Assembly: GCF_000315625.1 (NCBI RefSeq)
Contig: NW_005434539.1
Span: 65,263-129,262 of the forward strand
DNA: 64,000 bases
Source: Guillardia theta CCMP2712
Lineage: Eukaryota > Protista > Cryptophyta
Reading direction: 5' to 3'
This document shows positions 25,707 to 38,645 of this stretch, piece by piece. How positions within the stretch are numbered: the first letter of the stretch is position 1; every line of letters begins with the position of its first letter. The notes beneath the pieces are model-generated. The model was not told the origin of the DNA. It saw nothing but the letters and a program-made list of their open reading frames with translations, and did not search any database. The translations under genes were made by a program, and so were the position numbers.

Positions 25707-27269
25707 TCGGACGTCGGTAGTACCATGCCGGGCCGGGGTCTAGCCTGGGCTACCGGAAATTGAGGCGGGTCAGCCTCTAGTCGAGCCCCCTCAAGCAATA
25801 TGGAAGGCGTTTGTCGAGTACCGGGTACTTCTAGGGATATCGTGCCTGACAAGAAGGGTAGGGGTACTGTCAGAACTGACGAAGGGTCATGTGTGATCTT
25901 CTGTTAAACGAGGCTGTCTCTTCGCAAAGACCCCTACCCCTAAATTTTATGTCATTTATACCGGTTCAATTAAGTCTTGATATTCCAGGGGTATGCCGTG
26001 CTCAGAGGGTGGTAAATAGTCATAGCAAGGGTACTATTATTCTAAAAAGGACGGGCTCAAAGGAGGTAAAGAGCTCTCGAGGGGGTAGGGTCATTACCAT
26101 CGGGGGCGCGGGATGCAGACATCGGGGGCAAGACTGGCGAGTCTGCTGGAGGACAGGAAGCACAGTTTCACCTACGAGTACTTCCATGGAGTAAGATCCT
26201 TCTCTAGCGCCCTCTCCTCCCTGCCTCTTGCTGCGCTCGAACATGCACCGAGTTGTCAGCAGTGATGCTCTCCCCGCAAGTGACCCCTCAGATCCGTGTG
26301 TGTTGACAGGCCGTGATGCGACACATGTCTATGCCTCTCTGTTGCAAAGTGCTGGGGATAATCACTCTGTGGTAGTGTTGATTGTTTGCTCGTTTTCCTG
26401 TCTGCATGTTTGCACTTTGCAATGGGAATCTCCTTTGTGCTGCTGCCCTGTTGACATGTGTCTGCAGCCACAGCTCGCTCAGAAGCCTAGCGAGCATGAC
26501 CGGGATATGTCCCACGTGGTGAAGTCAATTACCTACGGAGATCTCTGGGGAGGAAAGGATCAGAAGACAGCAATCAGCAGTGAGTTTCTTGTGTTTGATA
26601 TGGTGTTGAGAATTTTGAAAGCCAACTTTGAATCAGGCGGACCTCCAAGCTGGTTGACTACTGCTTATGAAGGACTCGTTCACTTTCATTGATGAGTGGG
26701 ATCGACGGCTCATTGTTTATCCTATGGGATTGTTGTTCTTTCAAACCGTCAACTGCTCATATCAGACAACAACAGCCATGTAAGCTCGATTTTGACGGGA
26801 GATTGTTGCTGGCGTTTAGCGATCGTTAGTGACACCCATGATTATTTTTCACAAAACAAAACCGCTTATCATTATTTTTCATGTGTTGGGATACCTTTAC
26901 CCTTTCTTTTCGTTCCTTTCTATGCGTTGTAGGTCTGTTTCAAAGCACGGATTAGTTGGCGAATCGTTTTCCAGTTAAACATCTCCAATTAATGGACAAC
27001 GCATCTGGTTGTCAGTTTTGCACTGGAGAACTTTGGGACAGCATAGTTGAGCACAAACATGAACGTTGCCGTGGCAACTTCATCGTTGTCGACTAACAAC
27101 ACTCATTTTCTTCTTGACTTCAACTCACCAGACTGAGATCATCATGATAGTAAGGTCACGGTAGATTAGTCACCTGTAACTGCATACTTAGTTCACATGC
27201 ATGCTATGATACCAAACCGTGCAGTCACACCGCATTCACTGCATAGCTGAAAGTGCGTCCCCCCATCTC

Positions 27270-27940
27270 AGTCATGAAAATCACTGTCAGGCTCCCCGGC
27301 GGCGGGCGGCTGCAGTGGGCCGCGGCGCCGCGGCGCCGGGCCCTCCCGGCCTGCCCGAACTCGGAAGCCACCGTGACTGAGTAGCGGCCGTGCCACCGGC
27401 CGCTCAGCGCTCACAGAGTCAGCTGTCTGAGTCTTCAAAACTGGCACCGTCGCGGTGTGGCATTCGCGGCCGCCGGATGGGATCCGACTCGATCGGATCG
27501 GATCCGGCAGTGATCCGGGTAACACGCGTGACGGTCACGGCTAACTTACTAAGTTCACTGATCAGGGCACTGGCCCTGAGTGATCATCCGGCGGCGGCAT
27601 GCTGCCCCCGTCACGTGATGCGGCAACTCAGAGCCTCGGAGTCTGACCGTGACGGTAGCCTACTGCCCGGCCTGCCAGTGGAACTTCGGAAGTTCGGCGG
27701 CCTGGGCGAGTGATCGGACGGCAGCCCCCACCTCAGTCCGTTCACCCGACACGGTCAGACTCCCGGACTCGGGAGGCCCGGCCGGAGGGCGGGCTGAGTG
27801 GCACACTGGCAGGCCGCGACTCGGACTGGCGGCCCGGCGGGCCGCCGGGATCGGACTCCGAGCTCTGACAATCATACCCGGTGACAAGGGCCGCCCGGCC
27901 GGCCCGGGCCCTCATCCCCATAGTTCCTACCGGCGTTCTC
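27270..27940. promoter_or_regulatory. GC/CpG-rich palindrome-dense island upstream of the Rh gene
   Basis: Composition and position. Function inferred. Confidence 0.35.
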
Positions 27941-28405
27941 GCTCCAAGAGCCGCCGCAATGGCTGTGGCCAGGCAGTCAAACAGAGCAAGAGATACAAGT
28001 CGTCATGGCATAGGATGCCGCTACTTGTTCCCAACCTCCATGACAGAACACTGGCCATGCCATAGACGCTGACACGACCATTGATGAACGCAATCAGCCT
28101 AGGTTGACTAGAGCTAGCAGCTCAACACAAAGACCTTGATCAGAACCGCAGAGAGCAGACTGGTAGGATTGAAAGTCAGATCTACAAGACAGTGCCTCAG
28201 ATCCGTTTGATGTGATGTCAGCAGATGCGAGAGTGTGTGTGTGCCAGTGGTCGTGTTGACGGCGTCTAAAGACGCAATTAGCAAATCCCTCAGCATTTTT
28301 TGAAAACGATTGCACTGACTGAGAGATTTATCTGATCGTAAATTTGATTTGAGAAATTCAGCGTGAGGTGATAATTTTGCGACTGAATCGTCTTTTTTTT
28401 CTCAG

Positions 28406-31400
28406 GCGCAGAGGGAAAATGCTGACGAAATATGAGGAAGCAGAAAATGAATATGATCTCCCAGCTCCAATGTAATGATCTTTGTCAATGACTCTTTGTC
28501 TTTGAATTAGAGACATATCACAATTTCTAGCTTCTGATCGCTGTCCTTCAGGTTTCCAGATATCAAGTCAGCAAAGGTGCACAAGGAGAAGAATGCCAAG
28601 TATCATTTCAGACTCACTCACAATGATTGCACTGACGCCGCTACCGGACAGGCCCCCGGGGTTGAAGCGACTAGACACCCTTGTCATCTTGACAGCAGAA
28701 GTTCTGATAATGATTGTCTACGGACTGTTTGTTCGCCAGGACCCAATTCCAAAACCGCCGTAACATGTGAGTGCTGCTTTTCAGGGTCTGACACGTCTAC
28801 GTCTCAGATACCCTTCTCCTGGTCCAGGAGACAACCCTGGACTGATAGACTACGTTGAGCCGTTCAAGAGGTGATATGATTGTTGCTGCCGGTACATGCC
28901 TGACATGATGGGGATCAAGATATCCGCCGGGTTATGACAACTACAGCGGATCGCCGAGATCATCGCAGTTCAAACTCCAAGAGTATTACTCCTCTTTCAT
29001 TCAGATTTCTTTCTTTGTCTTCTTGGCAATGCCCTGGTCTTTCTCCTTTCTGAGTGAGCTTGCTCCGTGAAAATCAGCAGATCTCTGACTTGAGCATGCA
29101 ACAGGGAAGTTCTCCTATGCGTCTGCCACTTTTGCACTCTTCACTGCCTGCGTATCTATTCAATTTGGAACCGTGGTACGTGATGTATGATTCGCGGAGT
29201 CAACCAGTAAAGGATCTTGCTGCAGATGATGCAATTCGTGGATCGAGTTCATTGCGTTTTTCTCAAGAGTTTGCTCACAAGTCCACAATTTCCTATCTCC
29301 GATGCCATCCTTGCAAGGCTGGGATTGAAGGACTACCAGTACAAGTGAGTCAGGCTGAGGGATGCGTGAGGTTCGTGAGCTCAGTGTATGCTCGGCTCGA
29401 CAGGTGTCAAATCCAAATCCCTCCTGTGGAAGTTCAAGATGACTTCGGCATGCGACAGCTGCGGCAGGGCTGTTACTGCAGTCAGAAGTGCTTGTCTGCG
29501 CTATACTTAGGCATTGATCTCTCGCTTTGTTATCAGGAATGTGGGACGAGATGTCTGCTAACAAGACTTTGATCACCTACATGCCCCTTGTTGCAGCTCA
29601 GACACTGCTGGTATGTCCTTGTACATCTGCACAAGAAGCTTGGTTTGGGCCATGATCTGAAGTAAAATGTTTCTTCGTATCAGGTTACAGGCCATCACAA
29701 CTTCGACACTTTCAGGTGCGGTTTGTTCGTTCTTCAGTCTCGTATGATGCTCATTGCATTGCCAGTTTTGCGTTCAGTTTCCAAAACATCATCGATGGCA
29801 TGTACGCTACTTTGCCTACACTGATCTCGTTCGGTAAGAGACTTAACTACAGCTACCTTGCAGTTGTCTGACTGCATGTAAATCTTTTGTTCAAATGCAG
29901 GAGTGCTTGTGGGAAAGATGGCACCAGCACAGAACGTGGTGTTGGTGATGTTTTGCGATTCTTCCCATGTTTCATCTCATCCTGACTGCTGCCATGGACA
30001 GGCATTCATGAACGTGCTTTTCTATGCCTTCAACTACTGGGTGTGCATCTACCTCATCGGAGCCTTCGACGGCACGGGAGGAGCAGTGACGACGCATGTC
30101 TTCGGAGCCTTCTTTGGAGCCGCCTGTGCTGCTGTAGCGACGCCTGAAGGAGCTGAGAGTGACCCGGACTCTCAAGGGAGATATCAATCCGAGATCCTTT
30201 CCTTGTTCGGCTCCCTCATGATGTGGGCCTACTACCCCAGCTACAACTCCTTCTACGCTCCTTCCACGACGCAGCAGACGGTGGCTGTCAACACTTACCT
30301 CGCGCTCCTCGGCAGCTCCATCGCGGGGCTCTCAGCGAGCGCGATCTTCAACGGCAACCTCAAGCTCACCGTCTTCGATGCGCAGCGCTCTTGTATCGCA
30401 GGGGGGGTCGCCATGGGCTCAGTGGCGAATTTGCTGGCGACGCCATGGCAGGTGCCTGGAGGGAACGCGGAGGTGCCGAGGTCCTTGCTGACTCGAGTGT
30501 TCTCGGCTGTAGGCCACGCTGATCGGAGCGTGCGGGGGGGTCGTCTGCTCCTTCTCGGGGCATTTCATTCGGCTCTTCTGCGTCGAGAGACTGGGTGAGT
30601 CAACAAGAGCAGCGGTAGCAGTTGAGGAGGAGGACAGGCAAGAGAAGGAAGGAGGGGACAGGAAGGAGAGGAAGGGGGCGATGGTGGTGGTGGTGGTGGG
30701 GGGTGAGCAGGGACAGGAGCACTAAAGGGAGGCACAGGGATTCACGATACGGTCGGGGTAATGTCCATGCACGGATTTCCTGGGCTCGTCGGGTGGCTCG
30801 CCGGGGTCTTCATGCTCCTTCCCCTCAACGACGACATCCTCAAAGGAGACCTGCAAAACAACGTGAGACTCTTTCTGTCCCCCCCCCCTCCCCCCCCTTC
30901 TTGCAGCCCAGCTGACTTGTCTCGGTCAGTACTTGACGTATGAAGTCCCTTGGTCCGCCGTGCTGCAGCACAGAAATGGAAATGGCGATGCTGCTTTCTA
31001 TCAGGCAAGAGCCTGCACCTGCTTCTCCTGCTCCTCTTCTTCCACATCCTCCTCCTCCCCCCCTCCCTCTTCCCTCGCAACCTTGTCCTCTTGTCTGCTT
31101 CTCCTCTTCTCTCCTTGATTCTTCCTCTCTTCTCCTCTTCTTCTCCCGAATGACTGGAAGCGCAGGCTGTCATAGCTCCGATGACTATCAGCATCGCGCT
31201 GGTAGGAAGCTTCTCTGTCGCTCTTGTGTCTGCGAGCTGAGACCTTGCTGCTCGTTACAGGTCACCGGAATGATTGCTGGCACCATAGCCAACAAAGTTA
31301 CCACGATAGAGAAGCGGTACATGTACAAAGACAACACGTTCTTCCAGGTGACGACTATCTGTCTTTCCTCCTCTACTGCTTCCTCCCTATCACCTTGTCT

Positions 31401-31526
31401 ACCTGCCTTCTTCCTCCGAAAGCTGATCTTGCTCAGGTGCCCGAGGACTTTCAGACGCAAGAGGAGCACATCGCCGACATTCACATGCAAGAGGAGGAGG
31501 ATGAGGGGGACGAGGCTTTCTTGTAG
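28406..31526 (+). CDS. Rhesus-type (Amt/Mep/Rh superfamily) ammonia/CO2 channel, multi-exon; start approximate
   Basis: Rh motifs: TLISFG|VLVGK, DGTGGAVTTHVFGAFFG, SEILSLFGSLMMWAYYPSYNS, AVNTYLAL, IAGGVAMGS, HDTVGVMSMHGFPG. Both pore histidines are present. The acidic tail ends EGDEAFL* at 31526. Confidence 0.88.
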
Positions 31527-31569
31527 TACCTTTTGTAAATAATCCACATGTTGTAAAAGTTACGATCGT

Positions 31570-32902
31570 TCAATGCCTGATGAGATGCCCCAAGGCCCAT
31601 TGTGCGCAGCTCAATATTTCACGGTCATGCTGACAAGAGTCGAGAGACGTCAGTGAGTTGCAGGAAGAAGAGGACGAAGACTAGGAAGAGGAGGGGACAA
31701 GGACGAGAAAAGCAGAAGAGGAGGAAGGGGGGGGGAGTAAGAAAGGAGGATGGTGGAGAAAATGAAGAGGAAGAGGAAGAGGAAGAGGAAGAGGAAGAGG
31801 AAGAGGAAGAGGAAGAGGAAGAGGAAGAGGAAGAGGAAGAGGAAGAGGAAGCGCTGCGGGAGGAGAATGCAGAAGGAGAACAAGGTAGAAGAGGAACAAA
31901 CCTTGAAACGCTTTGTGATGTTCTTGACCGTCTTGTGCCCCTCCTGACAAACAAGATGAGACGATGTTGTTACCTAGAGGAGGAGGGAGGAAGCGAACAG
32001 CTCGCGGCTCTGATCACCTGAGCTCGAATCTTGTCTCGGTTGCTGTCGTCCTCGAAAGCAATGTTGGTGAACATCAAACATGTATGCATCAGGACTCCCC
32101 TATCATCAGGAAACGCCTTCATAGCGTCGTGTACCATCCGTATGATCTTGTCGTCTGCTAGCTTCTTCTGCATGTCTTTCTCTCTCGCTGAGTTTGACAT
32201 GACAGCACAGCACTTCTCCTGCATGATGGCTGTTGTCGAGAACCGCTCCATAGTCTGCAAGACGAAGTCCAACCCGTCGGACTCGGCAAACTGCCTCCTG
32301 TTCCTCTCCATTAGGAGAGCATTGGTCAGGACGGACAGCATCGGAGCCAACAGGTCGACATCATCCTCATGCTTCCTCATCAGCTTCAGCATCGTGTCCA
32401 TCCCAGACAACTGATGGAACAGGATCTGACTCTCGTCGTCAAGGCAAAGGTTCTCCAACAGCATGCAGGCGAACTTGAGACACTGGCGGTCGGCGAGGAG
32501 GGAGAGCATGCTGAGCAGCTTCCGGGACGCGCCATACCTCATGATCTCGATCCGGTGGCTCTTGCTGATCTCGGAGGCATTGTAAAGCTTCTCAACGATG
32601 GGCAGGAAGTCTGGTGGAGAGAGCATGTGCTCTTCCATGGCGTCGACTAGTTGCTCCGCCTCCCTCTCGAACGCCTCGTCCACCATGTTGGGCTCGCTCT
32701 CTGACGGCTGCTCGTACGTCTCGTTCGCTGACCTGCAGCCGCCTCTCAGGCACAGCCTTGGACAGCATGGCGACCAGCGCCCTCGCAGCTCAGGCGCCCC
32801 GCCATGACGAAGTTGTTGATGGAATGATAAAGAGCTCGCGGTCGAGACGTCTGACAAAGTTTGCAGGAGAGCTGCTAGCAGAGCGGCAGATAGAGCAGCC
32901 AT
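31570..32902 (-). CDS. Armadillo-repeat protein with N-terminal signal peptide and LRGG-containing leader
   Basis: ARM-like repeats (GMDTMLKLMRKHEDD, GLDFVLQTMERF..IMQEKCCAVMSN, MVHDAMKAFPDDRGVLMHTCLMFTNI). The last exon is HDREILSCAQWALGHLIRH*. The leader MAALSAALLAALLQTL...RLCLRGG starts at ATG 32902. Confidence 0.75.
31766..31850 (+). repeat. Intronic (GAGGAA)n microsatellite
   Basis: Direct tandem hexamer. Confidence 0.95.
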
Positions 32903-33417
32903 GGCGCCTCGAGAGCTCTGGAACGTTCTGCTCCTCCCGCCATGGCGCGAGGGGCGCGAGGTCGCGTGTGTCTGCATCGCCCCCTCTATAGGGGAGATCA
33001 GATACAAGCTCACCTCAGTGTCTATGACAGAAAGTAGAAAAGACAGAAATTACATCCTACCCATCTGCGCAAGGAAAGATCAGGCGTGCCTGGCCTTCCA
33101 GTGACGGTGGGCACGCCTGATCTTTCCTGAGTATCTGACTGGCTTCTTCAGTTGCAGCCATGGCCGTAGACTGCACAACAGCACCTCGGACTGGTAGGAA
33201 GGCTCCGGAACTTCGAAACTTGCTGTGGTCTCAGCAGCCAGTGACTGGAAATAAGTGCCATCACTGTCATGCGGAAGCGGCTGCACCTTTCTAGCCGCTC
33301 GATTGAAGGAAGACAAGTCATTTCAGAGCTCATGTCAAGAAAGAATTTATCAGAAACAATAGTAAAATTACAACTAGCGTACAATCAGGCGGCGAGTGAA
33401 TCACACAAGCACTGAGT

Positions 33418-34320
33418 CTACTGGAATACGAAGCACGACATTTCCGTGGGTGCGAGGAAGTCATAACCACAGAGACTCGGATAGAGGTCCAGCGATGAGG
33501 CGTCGGTGGAGATGCTGTCGAATTCAGAAGTCTCGTAGCAAAGATCCAGCTGCTCATTCTGCACCAAGGACGGAGCAACGATGGCTGGCTGGTACTGCGC
33601 ATCTGGAACGCTTGCGCAGGGCAGCAAGAGGCTTTCAAAGTTGTTGAAAGAGTTGTTGCGCTTCACAGCAAGCTCAGGATCGAAGTAGCAAGCCGAAGTT
33701 GTGACCTCGATGGCTGAACGAGGAGAAGAAGCTGCAACCTCTGCGAAGCATGTCTTGACCTTCTTCGTCATGGGGGCACAGTGCGTGAAAGTCAGGTCAC
33801 TGGGGACGATGGTTCTCTCGAAACGTCGATCCATGTCACTGACCTCGAGCTTGCGCTTGCCAGATCCACTTCTCTCTGATCTGTCACGCGGAGAAGAGGG
33901 CCTGGAGGACTTGACGACTGGCTCGAGGAAATGAGAGAACGAGGGCGATGGAACAACTACAGCGATGGAAAGGTTGTCCCCCACGCTTTGTTGCTGAACC
34001 ACAACGAAGAGCTTCTTGCAGACCTTCTTCCTCTTGGCACATGAGATGGTAAGGGATACGGCTGATCCAATCTGATCCATTGCCAGCTTGATACCATGCA
34101 GGAAAGTCCAGGTGGAATGAGTCTTCTCTCCAGTGATGGAATCGATCGTCTTGCCCACGCATGAGTTTCTTTGTAGTTCAAAACGCGACAAGATATTGTC
34201 GTCGACTTCAACAATTCTGTGCGGGCGGCTGCTTTCTAGAACCATAAAACCGCAGCAGGCGACCTCTTCGTTGCACCCGACCCTGTCGTGAAAAATCTGG
34301 ATGGAGTTTGTGCTTGTCAT
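33418..34320 (-). CDS. Hypothetical 300-aa protein with degenerate PAS-like N-terminal domain
   Basis: Long ORF of normal complexity. FMVLESSRPHRIVEVDDNILSRFELQRNSCVGKTIDSITGEKT resembles the PAS/LOV consensus (IvyvN.af....Gy...evvGrn..fLqGp.T) but lacks the LOV NCRFLQ cysteine motif. Confidence 0.6.
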   Translation of the reverse strand: MTSTNSIQIFHDRVGCNEEVACCGFMVLESSRPHRIVEVDDNILSRFELQRNSCVGKTIDSITGEKTHSTWTFLHGIKLAMDQIGSAVSLTISCAKRKKVCKKLFVVVQQQSVGDNLSIAVVVPSPSFSHFLEPVVKSSRPSSPRDRSERSGSGKRKLEVSDMDRRFERTIVPSDLTFTHCAPMTKKVKTCFAEVAASSPRSAIEVTTSACYFDPELAVKRNNSFNNFESLLLPCASVPDAQYQPAIVAPSLVQNEQLDLCYETSEFDSISTDASSLDLYPSLCGYDFLAPTEMSCFVFQ

Positions 34321-35159
34321 TTCTTTGCTTCGTGGGGAAGAAGGGAAGGAGGTATCAGGGAGATGAAAAGAACTGAGGAGGAGGAGAGGTCGATGAGCGG
34401 ATTCTGTTTGCTACGCGTGGAGGGCGAGAGTTGGAAGGCAGAGATAGCAGAGGGTAGCGACGCTGAGGTTTATGATGGGGGGGGCGAGAGATATCGATGG
34501 CTCACGGGGACAAGTCCACGTGACTCAAAGCGCACATGAATATCGAAAAAACTCTATTTCGGAAAAAGGAGAGATTAAACTCTTACTAAAATAGAGCTTT
34601 TCGACATGTATCCCGTCGCTACGTTTTTCTTAAAATAGTTTTAAGTCAAGAGTACGGCTCACGAGACATACCCTCGTGACAAAGCCCTCCGACTTTTTGA
34701 CTTGGTCCGAAAATGCAGTCAAGGACAGGGGTGGTGCAGCTCTCGATTTGGTCGCTTTTCGGAGGATGAGGCCGATGTGTGTTGTAATTGTTCATTTCAA
34801 ATTGATGCATCAGATTTCAAAATTTGACATTTCTTTCATGTTTGCCAGTTCAAACATCTCCGTCTCCTTCGGCCGCCACGACTGGTCGAGTGATCACATG
34901 GGTCAGTAATGAGGCCATTGTGCCATTGTGGCAAAGTCGAAGAAGATACTTTTCAGGTAATCCCCCGGCCCGCAGTCAAACCATTCACCTGGAAGGATCT
35001 CTTTTCGAGATCCCTGCCGACGCAAACTAGGCGATACCCACGTGACTGATACGACGGGGCCATGGACTTGGCGTTTCCAGTCAAAATGCGGAACTTCCGA
35101 AGCACGGGGCCCCGGCCTAAACTTCATCTGAGCCTCGCGGACTACAAATCATTCAATCA

Positions 35160-35750
35160 TCGGGTGACTCACTGTACGGTCACTGAGCGCACGGGCCAGG
35201 CCCGGGCCCGGCGGGCCGGGGCCCCGGCGGGCCTCAGCCGGGGCCTTTGAATCACAGCCGCAGTGAGTCATTTGATCGGATCGGATTACACATGGCATTG
35301 ACCGTACAGCCCCGGTGAGTCAGGCCTGGCCGGACGGTGCCACGGTGACGGAGAGTCGGACCGTCACACTGAGCGGCCGCCGCTGAGGCAGTGCGGCAGG
35401 CTCAGGCGGCGGGGAGGCCGGGCTGACTGACTCAGTGAGTCCGACCCGGCCCTCGGATGCCCTAGCCGCTGAGGGCCGCGGCGGCGGCCCGGGCTGGCCG
35501 GGCCCGGGGCCCCGGCCCTGCCGCTCAGTGCTGCAGCCCTCCTGCCCGGGCCCCCGGCCGGCCCCCGCCGCCGTTTGGCCCGGCCCTGAGTGACACCGCC
35601 CGGCCCGGCCGGCGGCCCGGCCCCGTGCCCGGTGCCGCCACCGACCGGGATGATCCGGGCCGATGATCGGAGCCTCCGAGGCTCAGTCGGAGTCAGCACG
35701 ACTCGGAGGCGGACTCGGTCAGTACTGGTTCGGACCCACGAACCTTGGCG
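35160..35750. promoter_or_regulatory. GC/CpG-rich palindrome-dense island between the divergent PAS-like and BRCT genes
   Basis: Composition and position. Function inferred. Confidence 0.35.
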
Positions 35751-36299
35751 GGAAGGTAGGAAGGAAAGCGGCATGGCAGGAGGGAAGGTGGAGGGGGAGG
35801 AGGAGACACACAAGAGAGGAGACGAAGCATTTCTCTTCAATGTTGATTGAGCAGAAGAGAAGAGGACAGGGAAGAGATGAGACAAGCTGGAGCGAGGAGT
35901 TGTGGGGAGGACTCAGTTGGTCAGACAGGGTTGGCGGCAAAATATGGAATTGGCCAGCAAGAGTCAGCCTATCCGAAAAGTGCATTAGGAGCCGTCTGAC
36001 TGATTATCGTCCAGTAAGACTCAGTGAAGTAGCGCGCGGTGGTGGGGGGGGGCGGGGGGCGGGCTGAGAAAGGATGGTTACTCGAAGGGATTCAGGTGGG
36101 ATCATGGTCATACATACTGATGTATACTCGAACAGCAGTGGAGCAAAGCTCGACAACAATTGCAGCAGGAGCATCATATCCAACTGAACCCTTGGTTGTG
36201 AACGGGAGATGGAGGTGAGATATGACTGCATTCTCTTTTCGTGTTACCAGCGAGCGGGATTGCTGTCTTGCAAGATTTTCTGATACGCATCTCACGAAC

Positions 36300-38597
36300 A
36301 GATTGAAATCGCGGCCCAGTCGTTTCTCGACTCAGTGGAGAGGCTGAGGGGTCTTCCGCACGCATTTGCCCTTGCTCAGCCTGCAGCGTTCGGTCCTGCA
36401 CCCACCTTGAATGGCTCGCCGACAAGAGGGATGCCGAACAGGGATAATGAAGAGCAGGAGCAGGCGGTTCGACATTCGGGCGGGGAAGACAGGGGCACGA
36501 AACGCCGCGGCCAAGGGCTCAACAGCGCTGCCATTCAAGACGAGATTGAGGCAGAGATTCAGATCAAGATCTTGGGGAAAGTGTTTCACCCTGGTGAGTA
36601 TCAGATCTCCGACCTCCATGGCGAGCACCTCGCCATCTGCATTGCAGGAGCGACCTGCTACGGACAACTTATCAACGCCCGATGCATCTTGAAGAGGAAA
36701 GTGCAAGTGGGAGGGAGGAGCAGCCACGGCTCTCCTACCTTCTGCTCGAGCGAAGAGGGTCTAGCAGAGGACTGCATCCCTGACTCAGACGGGGAGGAGG
36801 AGGCTTGCGGGGACAGAGAGTTGGGTGCGCAGTCCTGCCGAGATGATGGGCAGGTCAAGAGCCGAAGGACCCTCCAAGTAACGGACAGGAGGGGTGAGGA
36901 TGATCGGACTGGGAGGAAGACAGTGGAAGGAACGCGAAGGAGTTTGAACATGAGTCCCTTGGGTCCCCCGGACTGCACGCCAGATCGCGGCCACGGACTG
37001 ACCCTTCCAACGGCAGCATCCAGAGGAAAAGAAGGGAACCACAGGATAGTCACGAGGGAGCCCTACGACCCTGCTCCTGAGAGTGTGGACCTGTTCGCCT
37101 CTGATGCCGAGAACCAGCTGTCTGACAACCCTCGCAAGGCCCATCACGCGTTCCAGATGTCGAGGGAGGAGATGGAGAAGGTTCGGAGTCGATCAGGAGA
37201 GCGTCTTCATGCAAGCTCGGCATCGCACTCGCATGCCCGGCAAGACGCACAGGATCATCGTGGGGCTCAGGCTGATGGGACGGCTGGAGGTATGTGAGAT
37301 CAGGGCAGTCTGTTGGTCTGATATGTCTGCAGTAAAACGACCTGGCAAGAAAGGAGGATGGGGAGGAGTGAGCGCGATTTATGACCTCCCTGATAGCGAC
37401 GAGCAGCGAGCCGACCGGGATGAGTCTCCCAACATCTTTGAGGACGATACTCCTGCCCTTGCCAGGGCATCCACTGGAATGCAGGAGGAGGAGGACGGAG
37501 AGGAAGAGGAGGGGCAGAGGGAGGAGCAGTGGAGAGAGGAGGAGGTATCTGGGAGGGGAAAGAGGACCAGGAAGCAGGAAGTCATTACGACAAAAGCTCA
37601 GGCAAAGAGGTCGAAAATCTCTCCTACGATTGCTAGCGACCCTCCTCCGACTATCTCCCAGCTCAGGTGCTCCAGGGAGGCCAGAGGCAGGTGAAGTCCT
37701 TTTCTCTTGATGTTCCTGTTCTCCTGCTGATGGGTCAATCTCAGTCACCGAAGGGCCGATGATCGGCTCCTTTCTCCGCCGTCAGCCAGCAGGCAGCTCG
37801 GCTCCTGCACGGAGGGGGAGGCAGAGACATCCCCAGGAGAAACCCAGCAAAGCTTGCGCGTTGCTGGGAAAGGGAATAAGACACCTACAGCTGGGAAGGG
37901 ACATGAAACTCCTTCAGCTGGGAAGGGACTTAAAACTCCTTCAGCTTGTAAGGTGGAGAAGAATGGAGCTGGGAGGGAGCCGAGGACATCTCCAGCAGAG
38001 AAGCAGCATGAGGCTTCGCCATCGGCGGATGCTGACGGAGGTGGCGGTGCTCTGGTCTTACTGGAGGCGACTGAGCTGTCTAGCAGGCTCGCCGATGACT
38101 CGGAGGAGGGGAAGTCCTACGAAGAAGGGAGCGATAAAGCCGGTGGGATGGGAGGTGGAAGGAGGAGAGCTAGACAGAGGAAGCCTGAGAGGAGGAGGGA
38201 AAGGCAGGGAGGGGTAGGGCAAGGAGACGTTGGGGGATGGTTTGCTGGAGTGGCCAAGCCTGTTGACGGGAAGGCTGGAGAGTAGAGAGGGGAAGAAGAG
38301 ATCGCGATATGGTAGAGCAGAATGGCGAGGACGAAGACTAGGGCAGGGGCGAGAGCGGAGGAGGACAAGGTGGACAGGGACGAGAACAAGGACGAGCAGG
38401 ATAGAGCAGCAACGAGGGAAAGGGAGGTTTAGGCAGAACGAATGAAAGAACTGACGGAGAGCTAAGAGAAAAAGGAGGGGGGGGGAGAAGGGGAGGAGGG
38501 GGAGAAGGGGCAGCAGGGGCAGCAGGGGCAGCATGATGGGGAGGAGGAAGAGGAGCAGAAGCAGGAGCATGAGGAAGTGCAGGAGCAGGAGGTGCAT

Positions 38598-38645
<48 letters not shown>

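Noticed and set aside
26200-27250. Possible multi-exon gene
   Set aside because: Exon-like fragments are present but I could not establish a coherent frame or family.
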